From Tubiluchus corallicola (Eukaryota; Animalia; Priapulida), in assembly GCA_030141605.1 (NCBI GenBank), contig JAQGDQ010001221.1, forward strand, positions 1 to 54,355: a DNA stretch of 54,355 nucleotides, given 5' to 3'. Below the pieces are notes generated by a model. It was not told where the DNA came from and made no database searches. It worked only from the letters and a program-made list of their open reading frames with translations. Position numbers and translations under genes: made by a program. Shown in pieces: positions 23,326 to 36,513 of this stretch (positions are counted from its first letter, which is position 1; each line of letters begins with the position of its first letter).

Positions 23326-24212
23326 CGCCATTTGTGTTTAACTTCGCCATATCTCAGGCTACGGTTATGATCTGAATTTCATACATGAGTTCCCCAAGAC
23401 AGTAGCAAAACTGGATCTGTTTATAAAAAAACTAAAAGGATCGAAAGTGAAGGAAACGTGTTTATATTACAAAATACTGAGAGATACATTTTGGCGCCTG
23501 TTCAGAACTCATACATTAAAACAAGAGGGTTTGTGTTGAAAGTATTATAAACTGCTAACTGTGATGATCAAAGTAATAATGTTGATCCACATTCCTCAAT
23601 GAACGTGTAACAATGTTTTAGTAACAAATAATTTACTAACAGCAGCGTCAAGTTGCAAAAAATGACACGATAGCACATGCACAGTAAACAGTTGCATTCA
23701 AGTCTATGCTTTGAGCGAATACCTCATTTGAACTTTAAATTGTGTTCGTAGTACTTTGACATTAATAACTGTTGATCACACTCGAACGTTTCACAAAATT
23801 CGTCAAACACTGTAATCAAACGCTGTACCTGGGAAAAAAGCAAACGTGACGTTAATATCAACAAATCACAAGCTGTTATGTGTTGCATACTATGCTCATG
23901 GTTTAAAAGTGGAGCTGTATTTTATACTTCTCGTTTAAATTAACACTCAATTTGAGGCAGTGAATTTCTACAAAGGAAATGTATTCTGCAAACTAAATGC
24001 AGAATTATTTATATTGTTTATTAAAATCTTGTTATTACTATTATTTTCTTGATATTGGGAAATGCCATTTATAACTTCTATGTGTAAAATTAAAGTTCTG
24101 TTGTTGTTTTATTGTTATTGTTGCCTTTTGTTGTCACCGTCGTCGTCGATGTTGTGATTATTGTTGCTACTACTGCTATATTACTATTGTTATCACTACT
24201 GTTACTACTACA

Positions 24213-25266
24213 AGGTTGCCTCATAACATGTATCCAGTAGCGGATTGTGTCCTTAATTATTTTAATAAAAATGGGGAAACGGTCCAGTTCTGCCCTAGTC
24301 GCATATTTGCTTGATTTGTTATTGACATTCAAAAGAAATCTGCATAATATAATATTGGCCTCTTCGCTTGGCACACTGTCAAATTTAGTTTGATTATGCC
24401 GGGAATTGTTTTTAATTTTAATAATGCTAGGTCCCTATACACAAGAGCCATATAGCATGATAGGTTCTGCAGTATGTTCAAATAATTTGATAATAGTATG
24501 TGGGTTTGCCCAGTCTGAGATGTACTTTTTCATGCAGTAAAAAGCTTTTAGGCCTTTGTCTTTTAGTTTGGTACAGCTTTGCCTGAAAGCACCAGACGCA
24601 AAGAATTCGACCCGTAGGTGTTCATAGTATTGGACAATTTTCAGCTTATCAGACCCAGAGAATTCTGCCTGCTTTGTTAAAAACAATGATTTCTGTCTTT
24701 TTAGTGTTAACTTCCAGAGCCCATTCGCTATTCAGCTTATTAAGGCATTGTTGCAATCCTGGCTGGGAACAAGAAAGTAAGATCATATCATGTGCATAGA
24801 GAAGCGTTGGTTTCAAAATTGCCTAGATTGACAGAATCGCATTAATTAGATGTGAAAACTGTTGGCACGTCATTGATATACAAGGAAAAGAGAGGTGACC
24901 TCAACGTACATCCTTGCTTAACACCTAAGCAGGATGGTATATCTTCTGTTAATCCGCCAGCAAGTTTAACAGAGTAATTAGTTTTGGAGTACATCTTTTG
25001 CAAAATCTTAAGGAAATAAGTGCCTACATTATTTTTTAACAATTTATAGTACAATCCAATTCGCCAGACTGAATCAAAGGATTTGCACAAATCAACGAAA
25101 CAACAATAAAGTTTATGGTTTCATTTCAAAAATTTATCAATAAGTGTTTTTAAGGTAAACATATTATCACTAGTACAACAGCCTTTTTTTAAATCCTATT
25201 TGACTTTCATATAGAGTGTTATTATCACTCAGAAATATTTCTAACCTGTTATTCAGAATTTTCGCA

Positions 25267-25267
<1 letters not shown>
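24213..25267 (-). mobile_element. Decayed RTE-X-like LINE RT fragment; differently deleted copy at ~40173-40889
   Basis: KSFDSVWRIGLYYKLL, GVKQGC..SPLFSLYIND, LLYAHDM..GLQQCLNKL, CRFLLNVN..ATRAELDRFPI. Confidence 0.75.
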
Positions 25268-25298
<31 letters not shown>

Positions 25299-25505
25299 CT
25301 AATATTTATGTTATATAGCGTCTAAATATATGCAGACAGACAAACGACTTCATATTCATAAACTTTCCACGAAAATATCTAAAATCATATTGACAGAATT
25401 GGGAAAGTTCACAAGCTTAAATAGTAAGCCTACGAAATTTCGTTAAAAGTTACGATAACTAAATAGCCAGAAACGCATAGATTCATGAAACTGACGACAA
25501 ATCAT

Positions 25506-25800
25506 TTTAAAGATTGTATGCTATTTTAAACAAGGATTTTAATCTGTATTTTAAAGCGCTGGTGTGCGAAAGTGCATAGAGTTGGTCCTGCAACAGCAAA
25601 TGACCTATCACCCATAGTGGAACAGCGCACTCTAGCAACCGTGAGCAAAAGATTATCATTTGATCTAAGACCATACCAGTTTGATTTTGTTGGACGAACC
25701 ATACCACAAATGCAATCAGATGCCGCACTGTGAAGCACCTTTAATACAAGTAGTAGTATCTTAAATTTAATACGTTGCTCAATGCAGTCGACGAGGAATG
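25506..25800 (-). mobile_element. L2-clade LINE 3' fragment; copy at ~41166-41490
   Basis: EQRIKFKILLLV..YGLRS..GDRSFAVAGPTL; copy 2 also keeps CNCLPIHIR. Confidence 0.7.
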
Positions 25801-25976
25801 GGTATAATATGCCGAAACATGGATCAAAAAGATGTCAGAAATAAATAAAAATGCCTCTTTTCTGTTGCTGCTCCGGTCATCTAGGCTAGTATTATGAACT
25901 TACCGACTTAATATGTATGTTTATTGAGACCGATTTGTTAAACATTTCAGTGCGTTATCAATATTTAGAAGCTATC

Positions 25977-26064
25977 GGTGGGTGGGTGGGTGTTTAGGTA
26001 GGTCGGTCGGTCGGTCGGTCGGTCGGCAGGTAGGTACAGGTAGGAAGGTACGTAGGTAGTTATG

Positions 26065-26098
<34 letters not shown>

Positions 26099-26138
26099 TG
26101 TATGTATGTATGTATGTATGTATGTATGTATGTATGTA

Positions 26139-26221
<83 letters not shown>

Positions 26222-26268
26222 ATGTATGTATGTATGTATGTATGTATGTATGTATGTATGTATGTATG

Positions 26269-26300
<32 letters not shown>

Positions 26301-26422
26301 CTATGAATAGATTAGATAGATGAAGAGATGGATGGATGGATGGATGGATGGATGGATGGATGGATGGATGGATGGATGGATGGGTGGATGGATGGATATA
26401 TGGATAGATAGATAGATAGATA
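25977..26422. repeat. Compound microsatellite (GGTC/TATG/TG/GATG/GATA)
   Basis: Direct reading; accounts for the spurious MYVC/HT ORFs. Confidence 0.95.
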
Positions 26423-26519
26423 GAATCTTTATTAACGTCCTTGGCGTTTGTTGTCCACTTCACTAATCCTTGTGTTATTAGTAGCCTATTACTAGCTGTT
26501 GACTGGTTATGGTTTTAAT

Positions 26520-26690
26520 ACCATGAATTCAGTTTTCTCCTCGTTCACTGTAAGTTTATGGTAGTCAAATACTTGTTTAATACTTTTAAGTCTTTTTTAA
26601 AGTTCTCAGTGGCCAATGCATCTAAAATGTTTGATAAGGATAAACTGGTATCATCAGCATATTGCGCAATGGTTAGGTCTACGTTGCTGA
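26520..26690 (-). mobile_element. Short LINE RT fragment; copy at ~42320-42500
   Basis: IAQYADDTSL on the minus strand. Confidence 0.5.
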
Positions 26691-26899
26691 TTGACTGAAC
26701 ATGATTACTGCTCGTACATAATTATTCACCTGAGAACAGTAGGCCTACATAATAATTATATAAATAAAGCCTAAATAAAATACTATTTTACTATATTGAC
26801 TATTACTATCATGTAGCCTATTCATAGCTTATGCAGTAATGTGATTTCAGCCTTATCAAATGTTGTGATTTCAATGATTTAGTCTTTACAAAACGGATT

Positions 26900-28350
26900 G
26901 TTGAAGAACATTTAAGATATGAATTCACACCCGTGCAGGATGGGGGTACAGATGGGTGTGCGTGGCTGCTAGATTCATAATATTAGGTTTTTCTTTTCTG
27001 GGGAAATAAGATCTTTAAGAATGCTACTCCTGCCTTTAATGGACGCGTTTAACAGCGCCTCTACATTAACTGTGCGAATAAATGGTATCACATATTCATT
27101 CGTTTTCATGTGTTGTAATTGTAATTTGGTAGTATATTGCTTCATAAACAAGCGTGCTATGCCATACTCGTGCGTGCGTCATGCGGAATTGGGCCTTGAT
27201 GTCATTCCACAATTCAACAAAATTTGATGTGTCGTCTCAGATGGTTAATGTTAGATAATTAACTCATCCTAAGGGCGAAGCAACCGAGCATTGAGCAATT
27301 CTATGAAAAAAAGAAATAATCATTATATAGGTAGTTTTGTATTATTTTTAACAGCACTTCTTTTTGGTTGTAACATTCAGATACTTCACTGTGTTGACAA
27401 AATACTTTAACTGACATTTAAACTCCTCTTACCTGTGCCTTAGTGTACAGGTATGATCATTCTAATCTAAGGTAATTTCGTTGGAAGGTTTCATAGTAGG
27501 ATGTGGGCTGTCACTTTCTTATGCTGTCACCTATCTTTGGTTTTTGTTTATCACGTATGGATTTTTACTTGATATGTTTACATGTCTTCCACAGACAGGT
27601 CTAATTCCTCATGTGTTCAAGAAAAAGCGACAATAAAAATGTAAGGATGTAATAGAGCTAATATAATGTTAAACAGGTTATCCGTTTATTAATGGTTTGG
27701 TTCGAAAAACAACTACAGTGCTTTTATCTCATTTTACAGTCTTGGTTGCTGATTTGCCGTGAATCCTGATTTTACCCTTTTACTTCAAAAGTAGATTAGC
27801 ATCACCATTTGCAATGCTCGCAACGAGGTCAATTGCAGCTGCGACAGTGTTTCCTTTCTTTGTAGAATATCTGTTACTGTACACGAATTTAACTGGACCA
27901 TGTCATTGTGAATTACTGGACAGATTGTCTTTTATGTTTATGGCATTGGGCTACTACTCTAATGAAGGGAAAATAGAAGATGTTAAAGAAAATAAATGCG
28001 TGTTTCAAAGATTCATCATGTACATCTTATTAGTTAGCACACATCTTGGCTACTTACCAGCTTTTGCATTAGCTAATTTTAGTTTAGAGAGAAGAAATTG
28101 AAGACACTGTTGTGGGTGGAGCGACTGCAGTAACTGAATTAGCACTTGCGTATCTTTGTGCATGAGTTTTTGTCGGTAACGTCATTGTCTTTGATATGTG
28201 GTATAGTGGCCATCTGTGTTGGAATGACATCAGAAGATTTGCAGTTAATTATTGTTGGGTTTCTGATGGGAAGGTTAATGAGAGGAGTCGTTTCTTTGGT
28301 ACACCCTATGCTTACAGACTATGTGGTTGTTGTCAAGTTTGGAGCTTGCA
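26900..28350 (+). pseudogene. SLC16 pseudogene B (relics of exons 1-3)
   Basis: Homology to exon 1 (~26930-27113), exon 2 (~27423-27571) and exon 3 (~27740-28345), with frameshifts, stops, deletions and lost exon-2 splice sites. Confidence 0.85.
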
Positions 28351-29104
28351 AATAACAAAAATATAAATGGCATAATAATAACTAATCATCAATCGAAAAA
28401 ATATCCATGTTGGCGTACAAAACAATCAATCAGCAAAACAATAAAAAAATTAACCAATGGCTAAGATTTAACTGCCAAGAAAAACTGGAACTTAATTGTC
28501 TGGATCATGGTATCTGGAATGCCTTAAAGAGAGTGTACTATGGCTGTATAATGTTGTTTGTTACAGAATAAGTAAAGGCAGATTGGCAGAAAGGCAGACC
28601 TAGAATTTATATAAGGTGACCAATATACCAAAAATGACTCTTATTTTATCTGTTGCTGTTTCAGTCGGTAGGCCAGTATGGCAACCTTTCGGACTTAATG
28701 TGTTTGCACTAATAAATATTGCTGCACCAATTGGGGTGGATCCAATAAATATTTTAACTCACTCTCAGTAACTGAAAGCTAAAAAAGTGCAGAACAGGTT
28801 GCAGTATGCAAAAACTATAGGACCACTGCTAAGGCACAATTAATATTCTAAAAAAAGAACATAGCTCAGTGGTTTGTAAAGTTAGCTACTTTTAGACTCA
28901 TATTACATCACTCTTGAAATTAATCACCTTCTCACTTGGGCACAGTGCATATATCAATAAACGCTAAATAAGTAAGCCCAGTATTTTACTAATGCCAGTG
29001 TGATCACTACTACATCCTAGTGAATCTGCGATGCACTAAAATGTTTGTGGTAAACAGGGCTCAATGATTTTCGATAAGTTTTACAAAACGTGTGGTTGAC
29101 AAAC

Positions 29105-32100
29105 ATGCAAGATGATGATATCACAACTAGGCAGGAATGCGGGTATGGATGGGTGTGCGTCGCTGCTGGATTTATAGTTAGGTTTCTCCTTTCTGGACAG
29201 ATAAGATCGTTTGGAATTCTACTCCTGCCTTTAATGAATACGTTCAACAGCACTGCTACATTAACTGTGTGGATAAATGGTATCACACATTCAGTCGCTT
29301 TCTTGTGTTGTAAGTATAATCAAATTTTGTATTTTTCATTATAATTGTGCATAATAAAAACAGGCATGCTAGTAACAAAAAAAAACAAGTAGTTACCTTC
29401 TCGTTCTCGTTGTTGTTTACTCTATTTAGGGCACTATATTTTTGGCATTTTTGCATTCTAGTTGCTGGATCGTAAGAAGTTTTTTAAAGAATGAAATTTT
29501 TTGTAAAATCGTTGCTCTTGACTGCATTAATTTGCATACTGATATAAAGAAAATGCAGCCGTGAAATTAAGCATCCGCGATAGAGTAAAAATGTCTACAA
29601 GTTTGGCGCAAGTATCCCCCGTTCTCAGTTTTTGAAACTGCAATATTCGCACGACATTTGAAATCGATCCAATTAACGCATTTCGACTCCTACTTTAGCA
29701 GTTTGCATTTAAAGTATCAAAAAACCTAGGTGAAGCCTAATCGGCCAACAAAAATTGTACCCCATTATTCTACAAATTGGCCTCCTGACACAGATTTCTA
29801 TTGACAGACGTGCTATACTATACTTGTGCTTCACGTAGAAACAAGCCTTGGCAAAATTGATAGACTCATATGGTTGACGTTTGATAATTATCACTCATAC
29901 TTGAGCATCATGTTTAAGGAAACTTGGCTACTGTTTGCTGCAGCACAATAACAAGTTTGCTTAAAAAGAGAGCAGAAATGGGTGCTTCCAATACACCACG
30001 AAAAACCTCTGTGCTCGTTTAGCTTTTGTTACGTGATATACGGCAATAATTATTATTTAAATTTGTGCTGAAGTTATTAGTGGGATACTCCACTATACTG
30101 ACAAAAAGCTTTTATTGCGGTTTCAGCTCCTCTTGCAAGTGCTTTGGTGTACAGATATGGCCATTCTAAGATCATTTCATTAGGAGGTCTCCTAGCAGGA
30201 TGTGGACTAGCACTTTCATATGCTGCCATGGACCTTTGGTTTTTGTTTATCACGTACGGGTTTTTGCTTGGTGCGTAGCTTAATTTACTAATGTTCTAGA
30301 AACAACAGCAGTTGAAACAGAACAGCAGCACTATATATACATATACACGTACATGTATGTAAATATATAACATAATAGTACAGCATATATATATATATAT
30401 ATAATATATAAAAAATAAACCCACAAAATTAGCAAACTATTAATGTTTTATTGCTAAGCTTTCGACTAATATGTCTTCATCTGAGCAAAATAGAAAATTT
30501 ACATGAAACATCATTACAACGCCCCCCTTTATAACGCCAACCATATTTTTACAAAACAAAATGTCTATATTTGCATCGACATGACGTGTGTACATAAGTT
30601 GGCAGTCACGAAGTAGGCGGTATAAAGCAGTTAGACTGTATATATACATGCATGTTTATATAACTACAATTGAGACTGCACTAAACATGTTGTTTATCTG
30701 TAAATGCTTTTGCTAAAGGATAATTGGTAATAATTGTCTTATTTCATTTCATAGGTATTGGCAGTGGCTTTACCATAAATCCAGTCACCTCAATTGTACC
30801 CTTTTACTTCAAAAATAGATTAGCATCAGCATTTGCAGTGCTAGCTACGGGGTCAACTGCTGGTGCGGCAGTGTTTCCTTTCCTTGTAGAATATTTGTTA
30901 CACGAATTTAATTGGACCGGGTCTTTATTAATAAGTGGTGCAATTATCCTTAATATCTGTGCTATGGGGCTACTAATAAAGACACCCAAAGTGCAGAAAG
31001 CTAGTCAACAAAATCGTGTGATAACAAGCAACTCTTATGAAGGCAAACCGGAAAGTGTCAAAGAAAGTAAATTCGTGTTTCACTGGGCGGTGTTTCGTGA
31101 TCAAAGATTCATCTTGTACATTCTCTTGATTGCCGGGCATCTTGGCTACTTTCAAATCTTTGCATTGTTGCCCGTAAAGACAGAAGAAACTGAAGACACT
31201 GTTATCAGTGGAGCGACTGCAGTAACTGCATTAGCACTTGCGGACCTTGGTGCAAGACTTTTATGGGCTTTTCTTTGGGACATTGGTATCATGCGTAAAC
31301 ATATGTCGAGGCAGTTATCTATGGCGTTACTGTGTTTGGTATGTGGTATAGTGGTCATTTATGTTGGACTGGCATCAGAAGACCTGCAGTTAATTATTGC
31401 TGTATTTCTGATGGGAATGTTAATGAGTGGAGTCGCTTCTTTAGTACACCCCATGCTTACAGACATAGTGGGTCCTGCCAAGTTTGGTAGTGGAATGGGA
31501 GCACTTTTATTCTTTGAAGCAATCGCTATGCTTATCTTACCAGTTATTACAGGTAAAAAGCAGAGACCAGATAAGTTTTTATGTATTAAAAATGCCTTAC
31601 TGTTGTTCAATAGACATTCAATGTACAAACATTACTACAATCTCAAATATTTTTATTATATACACCCATGATTAATAAATAAATGTATACTGATTCGATA
31701 GCAATGACAAATCAAGAGTGTTTTTCAAAAAATGGTACAAAAATTACACACCATGGAACAACCAATAAATATTTGGAGAAAATATACCGGAATTCTGTGA
31801 ACAAAGTTTCTGCTCTTTCATGAGGCCTGGAATATCTCTGGATATAAACGGTGGAATTTAGCATTGATTCACGATTGAGCGAGTGCACCCTATTGGAAGA
31901 AATAACTGAGATGTCAGTCACTTTCTGTAATCCAAAGTACACTAGAGCGCCTACAAAAGCAAACACTTCAAAAAAACTAAGTGTTTATTTCAAGAAAATA
32001 TGGTATTCAAGTTTAAACGTTTACTGGGTAATTATAGCAGGATAAAGCTATTCCACAACCTCATTAGTTTCACTTCCGAAAACATAAACCAGCATTGATT

Positions 32101-32668
32101 TGGCACCACTAATTTGTACAAATCACTTCATAACTCTCAACATATATAGTTTAAGTTTATTAAGTCTTTGTTAGCTATTTATTAACTGGTCATTTTTTAT
32201 GTTGAATCAAATGATTTGAAAGATTGGAAAAAAGTTGTGCTTCTTATTGATTTTAGTTGAACAGACTTTTCTGACAGACCCATGTTGTAGCTTTAATTAA
32301 AGAAAACAGCTCTGAAATAATAAAAATTAATACATTTCTTAAAAGTATGACACGTGCTAAAATTCCTAAATTCGTAGTAAATGGCATCTGATTATAATAA
32401 TGACTAAATGATTTTTTTTCAATTGTCAGGTTATCTGCTTGATGTTACTGGAAGAGTGTCTGCATCATTGTATTTACTTGGATCAATGTACATCATGGGC
32501 TGTCCAGTCTCCCTGTTGTTATGCTACTTTGACAAGAAGTACCAGAATCGAGCAAAAGAAAACTTCGGTCTAAGTCAACAGGATATAAACACAGGATCAC
32601 GTAGCCAGTTAACAACTAATAGCCAAAACGAAGTGTATGCTGATTATACACAAGTCACGCGATTTTGA
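29105..32668 (+). CDS. SLC16/monocarboxylate transporter gene C; join(29105..29309,30127..30270,30755..31552,32430..32668), 461 aa
   Basis: Same exon 1-3 sizes as gene A (205/144/798), canonical GT-AG sites, open frame, MCT motifs. Confidence 0.9.
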
Positions 32669-34463
32669 CTTAACTCTCAAAAAATCATTTTACAGAATTC
32701 ATATTAGAATGAAACTGATTCTTGGAAAGAAATAAAGGCTACACAGAGATTAATAGGTCAGTAAGGAAGAGAATTTTTATACAAAAGCTTCACTTCCAAG
32801 AAGCTAGAACTCAATGCACAGCTGACGCCATTAAAGTGTGTTTTATATGTTCGTAGCACCATTATCAAACACTGACTACACATATATGTTACAGGCAACG
32901 TGTAAAATTTAGGCAGTGAATAAAATTTCATATAGCACCTATACATTTCGGGAAAAGTGTGAAATAAATCACAAGCCTATCTTTATCAACTTAATTTTGG
33001 ACATAAAGAAATAGCCCATCCCAAAAAATCACCAGATCTATATCCATGTCAAAATTAAATGGATATGACTAAAAACTTTACATACAAAGTTATATTGCTT
33101 AGTATTACACTTCCCTGCATTGCACTTATGAAATTGGAAAATAAGATTCTTAACAATTTAAAATGTTCAAGCAACCTGCCAAAACGTCACTGTTTCGCCA
33201 TCCCAGTGTGCACCACTGGTTCACCAAAAACATATTACTGATCTTACTGACAATATAAGGTAATTTATACTTTCACTAATTAGTGACGATTGTGCTACGA
33301 ATGCTCTGGTTATTTTTTAAAACTTTACGCAATGTCATCTAAACTTGTTTCAAACGACTTACCGTTAAAATGGCTGCACTTAATTGCAATCCCGGGAGTC
33401 TAAATTTACAAATTTTATACAGCGGTACTGTTAATGCAAGTTCTATATAAATACCGATAAATAGAAGACGGTACCATGATCATTAACTGCAGTATTAGTT
33501 TTTGACGTTATATGAGGTAGAGCCCATTTTCGTGACATAACGCAAACGTACTTGACGCGCAACGGAAGATGCCTGCCATTGCACAAACTGTGGTTAGTTT
33601 ATGACGTAAGCGATAGCTGTCTTCGGTTGCTGTTGATTAACTTTCTAAGCTACATGTAATTATTCAAACATAAGAAACAATTGCTAACTTTTACACGCAA
33701 GAAAAATGTATATTTTGGACAGTAAATTAAAATGAGATTGGTTCTAAATAATCGTCCGGTCTTCCTTTAGGTTTACGTGTTCGCACTATACAGCAATAAA
33801 ATGCCCGCTGTACAATAAATAAATAAGCAAATAAAAAAACAAACAAACAAACAAATAAATAAATAAATTAATTAATAAAGAAATCAAAAATCGCGAATTT
33901 CTTCACTTAGACGTTTGAAACTGTATTCTTTGATTTTCTTTAGTGTGTTGACAAACAGGGGAGGATTAACTATTAGCCTAATCAGACTTTATTTATAAAG
34001 TGCATTCTCTTGTGCTTTAATATCCTATTAAAACTGAGTGTTTCAATTACTTAACAATAGATGCTGAGCTAACGCTACTTATACAGACACTAAAATTACC
34101 CGCCGTGTATAAACCGAACAAACATTTCTGCAGTTATGAAGTTTCTGTTGACTTCGCTTGCTGGGTTTGTTGTAAAACCGCGCGCAATTAGGTTTAAATT
34201 ACAAACTGATTGTGTTTTTTGTAGTAATGCGCGCCACGTGTCAAAACCTCCTCCCTGCTGGCTTCAAGTGTAGGTAGATCTGCTGTAAACAGGCAGATGC
34301 AGGGCAGAGGGCGCTGCAAAGCAGTGGGGTTTTCCATTCGGAGTGGAGCTCAGCAGCTTTAATGTCATTATTATACTATAAAGTTATCAACACATAGGTA
34401 AATCATGTTTATTTTAAAGTACTTATACGCGTAACTATGTTTTACAGTTGTGTTTGCCTGTAT

Positions 34464-34545
34464 TATGTATGTATGTATGTATGTATGTATGTATGTATGT
34501 ATGTATGTATGTATGTATGTATGTATGTATGTATGTATGTATGTA

Positions 34546-34610
<65 letters not shown>

Positions 34611-34627
34611 ATGTATGTATGTATGTA
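34464..34627. repeat. (TATG)n(TG)n(TATG)n microsatellite
   Basis: Direct reading. Confidence 0.95.
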
Positions 34628-34900
34628 TTATGCATCAAAAACGTTTTATTGATTATATTTTAACGCCTAACACAGATTTATTGACTGAAATTCTACAAAT
34701 TGATCTTTACTTTATGTCTGATTTTACGAAATGTTTTATAATTTGTCTAATTTAGTACTTGTACCTAATTTTGTTTAATTTTTGTTCTTATTATGATTAA
34801 TTTTGCAAAGAATTTTAACTCGTTTAATTTAGTTTAATTTTTATTTTTATTATGATTAATTTTGCAAAGAATTTTAACTCTCAATTTAGTATTCTTGGTA

Positions 34901-36513
34901 TCTTAATATATATATAAGATTCGAGGCTACAGCTTCGACGAGGGCACCATTTGCGGCGATCTGTATATCAAACGAAAGGTCTTGATCTAGTGTCATCTCA
35001 TTGATGGTTTATTTTTCGAATCGGGCCCACCGGGAGGAGGGGGGGGGCGAAAAACCTCCAAAAATGGCCATTTTTCGGCCGTTTTTTGCAAAAGTTATAC
35101 GGCTGACATGTAGAGAACGGGAATGGGCCGAGCGGGGTGCTGGCTATGGATAGATAGCCCGTTCAGCGGTGGGTGTAGTAGGCATATTTAGAATTCCCGA
35201 GAGGACCACGGCGTCCCGCAACGGGCGTTTTCCCGGACCCAACTCGCGATTTTTTCGAAATTTTGACCAAACAGCCTGTGGGAAAAACGTTCTAGCGGCG
35301 CCCGGTGGGACTCTCTGAAGGAGATATATAGCTCTTTAGAAAGAGGAAGAACGGGGCTACACGATGATGTAGGTTATATTTTAGGACAGGTCCACCGAGA
35401 GGAGTATTGACGAGTTAATTAGATGTTCTATTTTTCGCAATTTTCGCTTAGAAATCTGCTGACGCAAAGCCATTGTTCTGACGTCATCCATTGTACTCTG
35501 CCTATAATCTTATAGCTTTAATTCTGTAAAAGCTGCTTTGCGTTAGATAAACAGACAAACAGTAGGCAGGATGTTACGGGCTTTGTGTTATAAATGAGGA
35601 CTAGGTAGGATGTTCGCGTATTATTGATTACACGTGGTTTTTTACGCAAAATCTTTTGCGGGGCCTTTGCTGTTTATTATATTATAGCACATAGTTTCAA
35701 CTTTGTGAAAAATGTTTGGAATGGTTTTGTTGTAATGCTGTGCTGTTGGTGCTTGTGCTATAGGTGTCGTCATCATTGCCACCATCATCATCATCATCAT
35801 CAACATCATGATCACCACGTGAGGTGGTGGATTTGATGTGGTGTGGTGGTGGTGTGCTTTGTGTGTTGTGCTATGGATGGTGAGATGGGGTGATAGGGTG
35901 TGTGGGGTGTGGTGTGGGTAGTGTGGTATGGAGTGGGTGGCGTGGTGTGTGGGTGGGTGTTGTGGTGCAGTGTGGTGTTATGGTGTGGTGTGGTGCAGTG
36001 CGGTGTGATGTGGTGGAGTATTATGGTGTGTGTGGTGTGGTGTGGTGTGTGGGTGGGTGGTGCGGTGTGGTGTGGTGTGGTGCAGTGGTATGGTGTGGTG
36101 CAGTGTGGTGTGTGGGTGGTGCGGTGTGCTGCAGTGGTATGGTGTGGTGCGGTGTGCTGCAGTGGTATTGTGTGGTGTGGTGTGGTGTGATGTGGTGGAG
36201 TGGTATGGTGTGTAGGTGGGTGGGTGGTGTGGTGCAGTGTGATGTTATGGTGTGGTGCTGTGCGGTGTGATGTGGTGGAGTATTATGGTGTGGGTGGTGT
36301 GGTGTGTGGGTGGTGCAGTGGTATGGTGTGGTTCAGTGTGGTGTGATGTGGTGCAGTGGTATGGTGTGGGTGGTGTGGTGTGTAGGTGGTATGGTGTGGT
36401 GCGGTGCAGTGTGGTGGTATTGTGTGGTGCAGTGTGGTGCGATGAGGTGGAGTGGTATGGTGTGGGTTGTGTGTTGATTTGTGCACAAAATTCTTTTTGT
36501 GGGGTTTGGCTAG
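34901..36513 (+). mobile_element. Non-autonomous Helitron-like element
   Basis: 5' A|TCTTAATATATATA; 3' hairpin CACAAAA-ttct-TTTTGTG, 8 nt, then CTAG|T; GC-richer interior with simple repeats; no TSD. Confidence 0.65.
35835..36475. repeat. Degenerate (GTGTG)n-type low-complexity tract; (CAT)n tract at 35770-35815
   Basis: Direct reading; accounts for the V/W/C/G ORFs. Confidence 0.9.

Noticed and set aside
25972-26463. ORFs rich in MYVC/HT repeats (also 34435-34755, 41767-42081)
   Set aside because: Translations of microsatellites
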